Part shown: piece after piece, positions 12,201 through 23,143 of the stretch | How the letters are laid out: every line of letters starts with the position of its first letter | Numbering within the stretch: the stretch's first letter is position 1 | Source: Octopus bimaculoides | Taxonomy: Eukaryota | Direction: 5' to 3' | DNA length: 53,968 nucleotides | Assembly (NCBI RefSeq): GCF_001194135.2 | Contig: NC_068994.1 | Location: 52,568,879 to 52,622,846, forward strand | Made by a program: the position numbers and the translations under genes | Notes under the pieces: model-generated | Seen by the model: only the letters and a program-made list of their open reading frames with translations | What the model was told of the DNA's origin: nothing | Databases searched by the model: none

Positions 12201-12675
12201 TACTGCAACAGCTCAGACTCTACTCTCTGGAGCGAAGGCGGGAGAGATATGCAGTAATATACATCTGGAAGATCCTGGAAGGGACTGTGCCAAATTTTGG
12301 CTTTGAAAGCTACACAAATGCTAGAACAGGTCGCCACTGCGCAATGCCAAAGGTCTCAAACAATACCGTTGCGCTTCATGTTCAGTTACTGCAACAGCCT
12401 GGATATCAGGGGCCCCACAGCTTTTTAATATCCTCTGAAAGAGCATGAGGAACCTACACAAAGTAGATGTAGGTGTTTTCAAAAGAAAACTGGATCTTTT
12501 CTTGTCGAGAGCCCAGATGAGTCTACCTCGCGGCAGGAGGCGCAAATGAAGGTAGCAACATCAAACTCTTTTACTGACCAAATTCCACATATAAGAGGAG
12601 GCTCTCAATAATAACTGTAGCAAAACAGTGGTGCTGCAGCATGGCCACAGCTTTGAGCAGAAACGGATAAAAAAA
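12201..12675 (+). mobile_element. 3' end of a CR1-like LINE (ORF2 C-terminus and 3' UTR)
   Basis: LQQLRLYSLERRRERYAVIYIWKILEGTVPN, then after frameshifts SLDIRGP(Q)LFN and VDVGVFKRKLDLFLSR, typical of CR1-type ORF2 ends. The tail ends with a short hairpin and an A-rich end. Confidence 0.85.
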
Positions 12676-13353
12676 TATACATATATATAAATAAATTTCT
12701 CCATACAATTTTGTATGTATGCATATATGCATACGCACACTGCTTGCACAGTATAATAACATGGTAATAGAAATTGATATAAGGCCTATTAAAAGTGAAA
12801 GCACGATCATTCTGCTGTATGGAAATGTGTTTTTCAACGTTTGAGAAATAGGAATATTAAGCCTGATAAACATCAGATATATCACAAAGTATTAGAAACA
12901 AACAAACTATTGATATGTACTGAAAAGAATCACATCAAATTGTGGCTTTCATTTTCGATTGATATTGCTGTAGATATTGTGGAAGTGGTTTGTAAGAAAT
13001 CAATATATTACATATAAATGAGACAAAGCTGAATAGGAAGATCCTTAATATCATGTGAAAATATTGTATGACATTACGAAGTATGCATGTGTGAAATACG
13101 CCGCATTAAACGTAAGATATATTTTGAAAAGCATCTTCAGCCGTTTGCAATCAATCCTGCGTGACGTTTCATGTGAAGTTTCTAGAGAATATTCGTGGAT
13201 GAATAAATATAAATGAAGAATTTGCTACTTGTATTCTCAATTCCCTTCGCAAAATTTGAATATAAAAAAACACCGGAAACTAAGAAGCTGTTGATCAGTT
13301 ATACTGAGCGTACGTTGAATACAGAAATGAGAATGCATCTGCCATAAACATAC

Positions 13354-13388
13354 AAAATGAGGCAAAAACAAATCCGATGATGTTAAAC
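13354..13388 (-). CDS. Candidate 35-nt exon, (G)LTSSDLFLPHF or FNIIGFVFASF
   Basis: Acceptor tttgtttatcggtgcag and donor TTT|gtatgt. The phase 1-to-0 reading joins in frame to the 11092-11159 exon. Confidence 0.3.
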
Positions 13389-13744
13389 CTGCACCGATAA
13401 ACAAATAAATTTTTAAAAATAAACCAAAAATAGCGAATGCTTTCCAATTATTGGTATGAAGTCACCACAAGAACCATTGGACACATATTGAATAGTTTTA
13501 TTATGCATATAAAGATAAACTAGACTGTGACCTGTAATATGACATGTCATTTTGGTGATACTCTTTTGGCTACATGGGTAATATCAGGAAATATGTTATA
13601 TGTACAATAATTATGATTAAATACCCAAAATATACAACAATCTTATAAATCTAAAAGCGTACAATAATTGGGAAAATCAACCGCGTGGCATGCTTTTGAA
13701 CTCCGAAATAGTAGTGTTGAGTTTACAATGTGTGCATATTAAAT

Positions 13745-13885
13745 ACAAGTAGTTGCAATGGGATTCCTTCCAAGGTCTCTGGAGTAATGTTATTCGATAG
13801 GCTGCGTAGCTCGGTGATCAGGGAGTCTTTCCATGTCAAATCATTCTTTCATCGCATTGAGATATCACTGCTCTTATATTATGGA
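13745..13885 (+). mobile_element. RTE-clade (Expander/Rex3-like) LINE C-terminal fragment
   Basis: QVVAMGFL / KVSGVMLFDRLRSSVIRESFHVKSFFHRIEISLLLYYG resembles RTE IQAAEMSFLRRVAGLSLRDRVRSSVIREELGVEPLLLRIERSQLRWxG. Confidence 0.7.
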
Positions 13886-13889
13886 CCCA

Positions 13890-14017
13890 AATATTTAGTG
13901 GGTACTTATTTTATCATCCCCGAATTGATGAAAGGTGAAGTGGAACTCGGCGATATTTGAATCCAGAACGTAAAGAGAGACAAAATGCCGCTAATGATTC
14001 TGCCAGCTCTCCACCTT
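13890..14017 (-). mobile_element. SINE family A (tRNA-derived), partial degenerate copy
   Basis: Similar to the 33278-33495 copy (ggtacttattttatc..ccccgaa..gatgaaagg...tgccagctc). Confidence 0.7.
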
Positions 14018-14044
14018 ACTTCAGATTAAAATAATGGCTTCAAA

Positions 14045-14220
14045 TTTTCGAACACAGCTAACAGTTTTGTAGGAGGGGGCTAAGCCGAATGCGCCGACCC
14101 CAGTGCTCAAACGGTACTTATTTCATTGATCCTGAAAGAATGAAAGACAAAGTCGACCGCGCCAGTACTTGAACACAGAACGTTGAATCAGACGAGATGC
14201 AGCTACAAATTTTGCCAGAT
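14045..14220 (-). mobile_element. SINE family A, degenerate copy
   Basis: gaccccagt..ggtacttatttc..tgaaagaatgaaagacaaagtcgacc..cagaacgt. Confidence 0.7.
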
Positions 14221-15413
14221 TTTCGTCATATTACGGATTAAAAGAATAAAATATATTTACAGAGAAACTGAAAGAGGTGTACTTCATTGCCAAGCTGACA
14301 GGTTGCACAAAAGAATTTTTAGAAACTAATTAATTATTTAAAAATTAGTTAATTGATATTAAATAGGACGTAAAATATAACTATTACGAATATTTTATTT
14401 GCATTGTGTAATAACAAAATCTTTTTAGATTCTCCATTTTGCATTTTATGCAGTAAATACAGAAACGAAGTGGGTGCGTATGCGTATGCGGTGTGTGGGT
14501 GCGTAGTTGTGGATGTACGTGTGTATGTGTTTTCGTGCATGCAAATGTGTGCAAGGGATTGATGTGTGTTTGTGTGTGTGTGTGTGTGAGGGCTTGAGTA
14601 TGTGTGAAAGAAGCATACGTATATGATGTTTCCATAGCAGCTGTATGATTTCAATCATTCATTTGTATATGTGTGTATATAAGGAGTATAATACAGTGAA
14701 AAGTGCCTGACGTAGGTTGCTGACCTGACCAACAGAAGAAACCTTTCGTTGCCTTAAACTCAACAATATCCATCAACTTCATTTCAATTGTAACCTTCTC
14801 CACCACTTCGTTTTCCTCCTCACTTATTCCTAAATTCTTTCTTTTCTCTCGTTAGTTATTTCAGTTACTTTTGTTTTACTGACCGATTCCTTCTGCCGAA
14901 TGCACAATAACTAATTCACTGCTATTACCTGTCATTTTTCATTGTGTCCATGCACTTATGGACTACGGCACTAAGACAAGAAACAAACAAAATTCTCGCG
15001 CGAAGTTAAGAGGTTGTAGTATAGGAAACGTTCACTTCGCCAATAAATACGATTTTTATCAACGCAGACCACTACAACTCTTTCTTCATTCGGTTTTCTT
15101 AAAACGATTTTCCTTTTTTATTTCTTTGTTTCACAAGCACAGTAGTGGATAAGTGGAAATTGCACAAAATGTATTGTGGTCCATGCGTGGGTTTAACTGT
15201 ACCGGAGAAATAAAAAAACAAAAAGAACGGATATTTCAGAAACAGTAAGTTTGGAAGTGCGCTACAAGTTAAGTGTTTTAACAGAAGGTGGGGTGGGAGT
15301 GGGGAAAATTAATTTTAGGTAAAAGCTGGTAAAAATTTTTGTTTCCATTTCCTAGCAGATTCACAGCAATAGCAGACAATATATCCATACACTTTTGAGG
15401 TATGTATGTCTCT

Positions 15414-15617
15414 AAGGCGGCGTGCTGCGAGGGTCGATAACACGCCGGGTAAAATGCTTAAAGGCGTTTTGTTCGCCTTCACGTTCCGTGTTCAAATTAC
15501 AACGAGATCGACTTTGCACTTCATTATCGTAAGGGTTGATAAAATAAGTAGCAGTTTGACACTGGGGTCTTATGGACTTACTCCATCCCACGAAATTGCT
15601 ACCCTTGTGACAAAACG
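15414..15617 (+). mobile_element. SINE family A, degenerate full-length copy
   Basis: Head aaggcggcg..cacgccgggtaaaatgctta, B-box-like gtgttcaaatt, central gataaaataagta..ctggggtc. Confidence 0.75.
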
Positions 15618-15643
15618 CTAAACCAAAATACACGACTATATAT

Positions 15644-15812
15644 GGCGGCGAGTTGGCAGAACCATTAGGACGCTGAAAAAAATGCTTGGCAGCATTTCAT
15701 CCCTCTTTAGGCTGCGAGTCGACTTTGCCTTTCTTCTCTTTAGAATTCGATTAAATAAGTACCAGCTGAGTACTTGGGTCGATTTTATCTACTTACCCAT
15801 CTCCTGAAATTG
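15644..15812 (+). mobile_element. SINE family A, tandem copy with internal deletion
   Basis: ggcggcgagttggcagaa..gtcgactttgcc..aaataagtaccagctgagtacttgggtcgat. Confidence 0.75.
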
Positions 15813-16569
15813 TATAAGTCTAAACATGTATATATAAATATTAGGAATACCATACGCACAGACACACACACACAAACGCGTGCACACGCACACTCGCACT
15901 TGCACACAATAGATAAGACCCAATATAATTGTAAATATATTTTATTTTAATCTGTAAAAATTACAAAGCGTTTTAGGATCTACAGTTTCAGGCATGGCAT
16001 TTATCGAAATGTTTGCCTATGCTGTGTGTGTTTTGATCGTGAGCATAATTTTTTGTATAGGTGATTATACCATCCCCATGGGCACGCACAGGCGTGTATA
16101 TGACTAATCTCGTGAAAACAAACGTTCTGCTGTTGTCACTTAGCTGACTGTGACATGATGGAAATATTTCTAATGAAAATATTCCCATTCCTCTTGTTAT
16201 TTCTTGGCATTCAATCTCGTACATATCTTTCTCCCTCACATTGACACCCTCCAAGTATTTCTCTCTTTTTCTCACAAATAATTCAAGGTCCATCCATGAA
16301 CAAAAGTTATTTACCCGTTATATCCCGTCATTCTGCTCTATGTCAAGACTCGCTTAAAATAAGCACGAAATATTCGCGTTTCTCGTTAAGCAATTTTAAC
16401 GAAACTACTGGAAAACATTTCCTGGAAGCAGACGAACCGGGAAAACTTTACATGTAAATTTTATACAGGCACACAATTAAATAAATACCATACGCATACA
16501 CACACACAAACACATACACACATGCATATAAATATGTATATTCACATAAATATGTTCAGATAGATGTGC

Positions 16570-16632
<63 letters not shown>

Positions 16633-17252
16633 TGTATGTATGCGCACACAACCACAAGTTCTGTTGGAAACTTTACAAGAATTTATATTTAACACGTATA
16701 TATTGGATGGTCCCCAGGTGCATTTAAATTAATATGTGCAGGTGAATGACTGTGTAATTATGAACTCTTAGAATTTGCGACTGAATTAATAAACGAAGAT
16801 TTTGGCAGACATGCGTTTAGATTCAGGCAGCACATCATACTAATTCCACTTAGGCTCTTGTATATGAAAATTTACGCTATACGAATTTCAGAAACCACTA
16901 AATTAGTAATCATATTTAAGAGATGCACATATCACTAAGTACTATATAAGAACATATTTTTGTCTCCCTGCGTAGTTCATAATGTTTCAAATTAGTTAAA
17001 TTGGTATATTAATCAGCGATGTCTTGTAAATGAATTTATGAAATTTTCTCTTGCTTTAAGAATATTTGTGTAATTTATATAATCGAGAAATACATAACGA
17101 CCAAAATCGTGCCCAAATTATGTTCTCAGTAATTGATTTGTACTTTAAGTGAAGTAAAGTTTTACTTCAGTTACAGAATCAGGAGCGTTACGTTAGTTTT
17201 AAGACGTTTAATGTAGAAATAATCAAGTGAAATGAAATTTTGAAATAATAAT

Positions 17253-17462
17253 AGTACGGGTTTGAAATTTTTGGCACAAGGCGAGAGCTTTTCGGGGAAG
17301 GAGGTAAATCAATTACATTGACCCCTATGCTCAATGGTAGGTACTGTATAAACTCCGAAAGAATGAACGGCAAAGTAAACCTCGGTGGAATTTGAAATCA
17401 GAATGTAGAAACAGACAACATGCCGCTATGCGTTCGGTCCGGCATACGAACCATTCCGCCTT
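17253..17462 (-). mobile_element. SINE family A, degenerate copy
   Basis: ggcacaaggc..gacccc..ccgaaagaatgaacggcaaagtaaacctcggtggaatttgaa..ccgcctt. Confidence 0.75.
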
Positions 17463-17472
17463 GATCATATTA

Positions 17473-17572
17473 AACGGAATGTCTACCTCGGTAAAAATTG
17501 AATTCAGAAGGTAAAGACGGAGGAAATGCCGCTATGTATTTGATCCGAATTGCTAACGATTCTTCCAGCTCT
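17473..17572 (-). mobile_element. SINE family A, head fragment
   Basis: ctacctcgg..ttgaattcagaa..aaatgccgcta..tgctaacgattcttccagctc. Confidence 0.65.
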
Positions 17573-17607
17573 TTTCTTTTCCAACAGTCTAATCTGTTGA
17601 GTGTATA

Positions 17608-17619
17608 TGAATAATAATG

Positions 17620-17657
<38 letters not shown>
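17608..17657. repeat. (AAT)n microsatellite (SINE tail)
   Basis: AAT repeat abutting the 3' end of a minus-strand SINE. Confidence 0.9.
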
Positions 17658-17872
17658 CCTTTCTACAAAAGCCACAAGGCATGAAATTGGGAGAAGAGGG
17701 ATAGTCGATTTTATCGACTCCAATGTTTCACTGGTAATTAATTTATCGACCTCCCCTAATGGATAAAAGACAAAGTCGACCTCGGCGGAATTTGAACTAA
17801 GAAAGTAACAGCAGTCGAAATATCGGAAGTATTTCGCCCGGCGTGCTAACTATTCTGCAAGGTCACCGCCTT
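17658..17872 (-). mobile_element. SINE family A, full-length copy
   Basis: cctttctac..cacaagg..gtcgacctcggcggaatttgaact..atttcgcccggcgtgctaac..ccgcctt. Confidence 0.85.
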
Positions 17873-17963
17873 ATAACAATAATAATAATATTAACAATAA
17901 TAGTAATAATAATAATAATGATAATAATAACAACGTTAATAATAATAATAATAACAATAATAA

Positions 17964-18186
17964 TCCTTCCTACTGGAGGCAGAAATTTGTGGGGAGGGTA
18001 CTAGTGGATAACATCGACACCAGTGTTTCACTAATACTCATTTTATCGACCCCAGTGTTCCACTGGTACTGAATTTATAGACTCCAAAAAGATGAAAGAC
18101 AGAATTTGAACTCAGAACGTAGCGGCAGACGAAATACCGCTAATCATTTCGCTCGGCGTGCTAACGAGTCTGCCACTTCGCCGCCT
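17964..18186 (-). mobile_element. SINE family A copy with internal duplication, preceded by a degenerate (AAT)n tail at 17873-17963
   Basis: The atcgaccccagtgtt(t/c)cact segment is present twice; head cagacgaaataccgcta..ggcgtgctaacg..cgccgcct. Confidence 0.85.
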
Positions 18187-19742
18187 AACTATACGTGTAG
18201 TATAATAGAAAATACGGATAGTAGGTGTGTGAGTGTTGTTCGTTGTGTGTGCGTTTGTGTCTGTACGTTACTATAATACTGAATCCTATCTACTTTGTAA
18301 AATCCAGCGGAGATACTATCAATAGTAACAAACGCTTCTGATCTGATACGCTGATATTATGCAACGAAGAATATTACACAGGAAGGAAGAAAGTAAGTTT
18401 TATAGCAATCTAGTGACAAGATAAAGAGAGAATAATCACAATGGATTACATTTTCTTTAAGAAATGAAAGAATACATCATGAAACGCTGATTGGATGTTT
18501 AATATAAAATTGTTATATAATAGATGTATAAATTAAGTTATTGGAATGATCGGACACAGAAAGAAAAATCAATAAATTTAACAGGATTGTAAAGAATAAG
18601 ATAAAACAGAAAGATATGATTCTTACTCATTTCATTATTTTCAATTGTTTTACGGTCTCGGCTGCGGCCATGACTTGCAGCTCCATTCAATTGCGACCGC
18701 AACCTAGTTATTTGCAAAATGGTTTATACATTTGTAAAACCACGACATGTTTATCTGTATGTATGCACACACAGAGTCAAACGACGCACACATGTACACT
18801 CACGCACCTACACACACACACATACACATATATATATACATACATACTTGCATAAGTACATATAGTGCATGTAATCACGGTATCAGCTAGACTATTGGAT
18901 GCTGTTCTACATAACTGGTCGCAATCTGCTTCGCATCGTTTTAGCTTTAGAATTATTCCACACCGTTACTCTCGAAGACTAGTCCGTCGCAGTGCTAGCT
19001 ATTTAAATCTGAATGAACTGGTGAAACGACATTTGCACCACTAACGAACAACCCAACTTCAGATTTTCCCCTCTATAAATTCAGGGACAATGCAACCTAT
19101 AATCAGCGCATTAGCAAAGAGACATATTTTATCGCAAAATATAAACCCTTTTTGAATGCTTTCACCTCAAATGACACTACTACAAGGGCCTTCGAATAAT
19201 ACCGATGTAAATATTAAAAATGATATATTCAGCACAGTCACAACCCATGAATTTATTCAGAACAATTCCATTCACTAATACTATAACCACAGCAGGTCAC
19301 TTAACCATTTAAGAAGACTTTACTAACAGCCTACTACTGTCATACCACTCCCGTCATTTCCTTATTCTTTCTCTTCTTTTCCTACTCCCTTTTCTTCTTC
19401 TTCATCTTCTTCATCGCTTACTGCTGCTTAAACAATGAAAATCCAGAACCCACATCCCTCATATAAAATATTTCTTGAGATCTACTACTACCTGCCTACT
19501 GAGCCTTCACAAAAGTAAAAGAAAGGGAGAGAGAGAGAGCGAGGGGGTGTAAAGGAAAATTTCCCACGTATTTGAAAGCTATGGAAATATTTTTAAAACA
19601 ACATTTCATTTCCTTTTTCCATAATTTAATTGTTTTTCATGCTTTACTCAAAGTTGAAAAAGTCGGAAAGACTGAAACCGGTACTAAATGTTCTTCATGA
19701 TAAAATTATTTTAGCATTGTCTACTCTGTCCTATTTTCCTTA

Positions 19743-19783
<41 letters not shown>

Positions 19784-20201
19784 GGGGGTGTATGTGTGTG
19801 TGTGTGTATGTATGTATATATAACAGCATATACATATATATTTAAGTTTGTATTTGCAAAGTATCTCGTAACAATTCAGCTCTCCTAACTAGAAACTGTG
19901 CATCCATCTCGAAATCCGTACATACAAACATTAAGCCCTGATCTTTTATGGTTCGAACATATCTATTTCAAAATATGCGTGTAAGTTTATATTTTAATGT
20001 CCTAAATAGATTTAAGAAACAGACATTTACAAATATCAAACTGAAGCGTAGATAATGTTTTTGGTCCATTTCATTCAGGTTCTTGAAATATTGTTTTACA
20101 CATGAAGTAATGTTTTCTTATCAAATAAGATTGGTTTCCTTTCTCTTCCTTCCTCTCCATTTTCTGTGTTTGTGTACGTGTGCCTATGTATATATTATGT
20201 G

Positions 20202-20233
<32 letters not shown>

Positions 20234-21257
20234 TATGTGTGTGAGTGTATGTGTATATTTATAGGTGTGAGTATTGGTCTTTTATGTGAAAATATTGGTT
20301 TATATGTGCATATATATACATACATACGTATACATATACATACATGCGTATACATATACATACATGCGTATACATATACATATACATACACATATACATA
20401 TACATACATACGTATACATATACATATACATACATACGTATACATATACATANNNNNNNNNNNNNNNNNNNNNNNNNNNNNNNNNNNNNNNNNNNNNNNN
20501 NNNNNNNNNNNNNNNNNNNNNNNNNNNNNNNNNNNNNNNNNNNNNNNNNNNNNNNNNNNNNNNNNNNNNNNNNNNNNNNNNNNNNNNNNNNNNNNNNNNN
20601 NNNNNNNNNNNNNNNNNNNNNNNNNNNNNNNNNNNNNNNNNNNNNNNNNNNNNNNNNNNNNNNNNNNNNNNNNNNNNNNNNNNNNNNNNNNNNNNNNNNN
20701 NNNNNNNNNNNNNNNNNNNNNNNNNNNNNNNNNNNNNNNNNNNNNNNNNNNNNNNNNNNNNNNNNNNNNNNNNNNNNNNNNNNNNNNNNNNNNNNNNNNN
20801 NNNNNNNNNNNNNNNNNNNNNNNNNNNNNNNNNNNNNNNNNNNNNNNNNNNNNNNNNNNNNNNNNNNNNNNNNNNNNNNNNNNNNNNNNNNNNNNNNNNN
20901 NNNNNNNNNNNNNNNNNNNNNNNNNNNNNNNNNNNNNNNNNNNNNNNNNNNNNNNNNNNNNNNNNNNNNNNNNNNNNNNNNNNNNNNNNNNNNNNNNNNN
21001 NNNNNNNNNNNNNNNNNNNNNNNNNNNNNNNNNNNNNNNNNNNNNNNNNNNNNNNNNNNNNNNNNNNNNNNNNNNNNNNNNNNNNNNNNNNNNNNNNNNN
21101 NNNNNNNNNNNNNNNNNNNNNNNNNNNNNNNNNNNNNNNNNNNNNNNNNNNNNNNNNNNNNNNNNNNNNNNNNNNNNNNNNNNNNNNNNNNNNNNNNNNN
21201 NNNNNNNNNNNNNNNNNNNNNNNNNNNNNNNNNNNNNNNNNNNNNNNNNNNNNNNNN

Positions 21258-21294
<37 letters not shown>

Positions 21295-21701
21295 ATATTC
21301 AAGCGTATAATTATAAATGCGTGTGAATATTTCGTGTTTTCATTTGTAAATGACCTAAATAACCACAACAACATGTAGAGGAATGAGTCGGGTTAAACGT
21401 ACCACCGATCTACGTTCTTTTCTGAAATAAAATTGATACGCGCAATTAATAGGGGCCTAAATGCTGGACTTTGTATCTTTGATCTTCATATTGTCAACGC
21501 AAAAGGATTAAATCCCAAAACCAAAAGCAACAAAAATACTGTCACACAGTGTGACTACCTGACAAAAGAAGAATAACACCAACAGGCTTATTTACAAAGT
21601 TCTACATGCATTAATAAATTCTAAACAATAAGATAATATCAAATTTAAATAATTAAAATTTTATAACATTTTTTTTCCATGAACCATCCATAAAAGGCTA
21701 A

Positions 21702-21898
21702 TTCTTTTCTACTCTAGGCACAAGGCCCAAAATTTTGGGGGAGGAGGCCAGTCGATTAGATCGACCCCGGTACGCAACTGCTACTTAATTTATCCACCCT
21801 GAAAGGATGAAAAGTAAAGTAGACCTCGGCGGAATTTGAACTCAGTACGTTAAGCATTTCGGCCAGCGTGCTAACGTTTCTGCCAGCTCCCCGCCTTC
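21702..21898 (-). mobile_element. SINE family A, young copy with a small deletion
   Basis: Near-identical to 33278-33495 (ttcttttctactctaggcacaag..gtcgattagatcgacccc..gacctcggcggaatttgaactcag). Confidence 0.9.
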
Positions 21899-22926
21899 CG
21901 TAAAATGCTAATTACCACACCAATCAAAGCCGTATATCCACAGATGAGTTTAACTCAATAGTGACAATATAAAAGTAACACTAATTCTAAAGCATCACAA
22001 TCCCACGATAGCTTATTTGGCCGAAATTCGAAGTCACTGTCAACAACATTCCTGTATAAGACTAATGAATTCGTACTGTACAAAAGTATAGAGTAACCAA
22101 TCAAATTAATGTAAAATTGTTTTTGTTATAACTTAATATACACACAGACAGTAAGATATATATATTTATATATACAATCTTTAATGTGTGTTTGTATGCG
22201 TATTCATACATAAAAGACGTATTCGATATAACCAAAGTAGATCAACAGACTTTATTTTGTTTTACAAATATCATTTTACCATTAAAACCACTTGAACTGT
22301 TTGTGTTTTCCTTCTTTTTCCAATTATCATCAAGTATTTAAATAGTTGACTTAGTAACTTCAAAAATTGTTTGAAGCTTTGTTAATTCAATCAACCAAAT
22401 AATTCATCGTAGTTTGTAATTTATTTCGCTATCCCTGAAACCATCACTGTCCAGCATTATCTACTCCACACCAGTAAACCTCTGTGTTTATGGAAGTGGT
22501 ACAGACGGAAAGACCCCAATGATAAATTTGCAAACCGCTATTGGATTGCTCAATTTATAGATCGAACAAGTGATTAGCTAATTAATCAATTAGTCAACGA
22601 TACCACAGAGAATAATTCAAAGGAACAAACTGTAACACGTGTATCTGGTTTGATTGGCAACATCCAATATGCAAGACTATCAATAATACGATACAATGAA
22701 GGACCTGCAGGTGAACATGTGATAATTAACATATCATATATATGAAAGCAAATTGATAAATTTGTATAATTCATTTCAGTAGCATAGAGTTGAGAAACTT
22801 AGGTGACAGGGTGGAGCTTATCACAACATGTATACCTGCCTGAGAGTGCCGGATCCCACCTTCGTCAGAAAGCCAGTGCATCGCAGACGCAATCTCCAGC
22901 TACTAGTGGTATTATTCACTTGGTTG

Positions 22927-23143
22927 AAGGCGGCGAGCTAGCAGAATTGTAAGTGGGTCGGACGAAATGCTTCACGGTATTTCGTCTGTCGCTATGTTCC
23001 GAATTCAAATCCCGCCAAGGTCGACTTTACCTTTTATCCTTTCGAGGTCGATAAAAATAAGTACCAGCTGGGATCGATCTAATCGACTCATCCCTCCACC
23101 CATCAAACAATTGCTGCCCCTGTGGCAAAATTTGAAACTATTA
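22927..23143 (+). mobile_element. SINE family A, full-length copy
   Basis: aaggcggcgagctagcagaa..gaaatgctt..ggtatttcgtctgtc..gaattcaaatcccgccaaggtcgacttt..gtcgataaaaataagtaccag. Confidence 0.9.

Noticed and set aside
12571-12885. TM-like ORF (RMIVLSLLIGLISISITMLLY) with possible acceptors
   Set aside because: Phase incompatible with the neighbouring candidate exon, donor weak, and I/L richness is expected in AT-rich DNA
19925-21560. Possible small minus-strand exons near 19930-19966 and 21403-21421
   Set aside because: Weaker signals; joins to other candidates give stops or ambiguous frames
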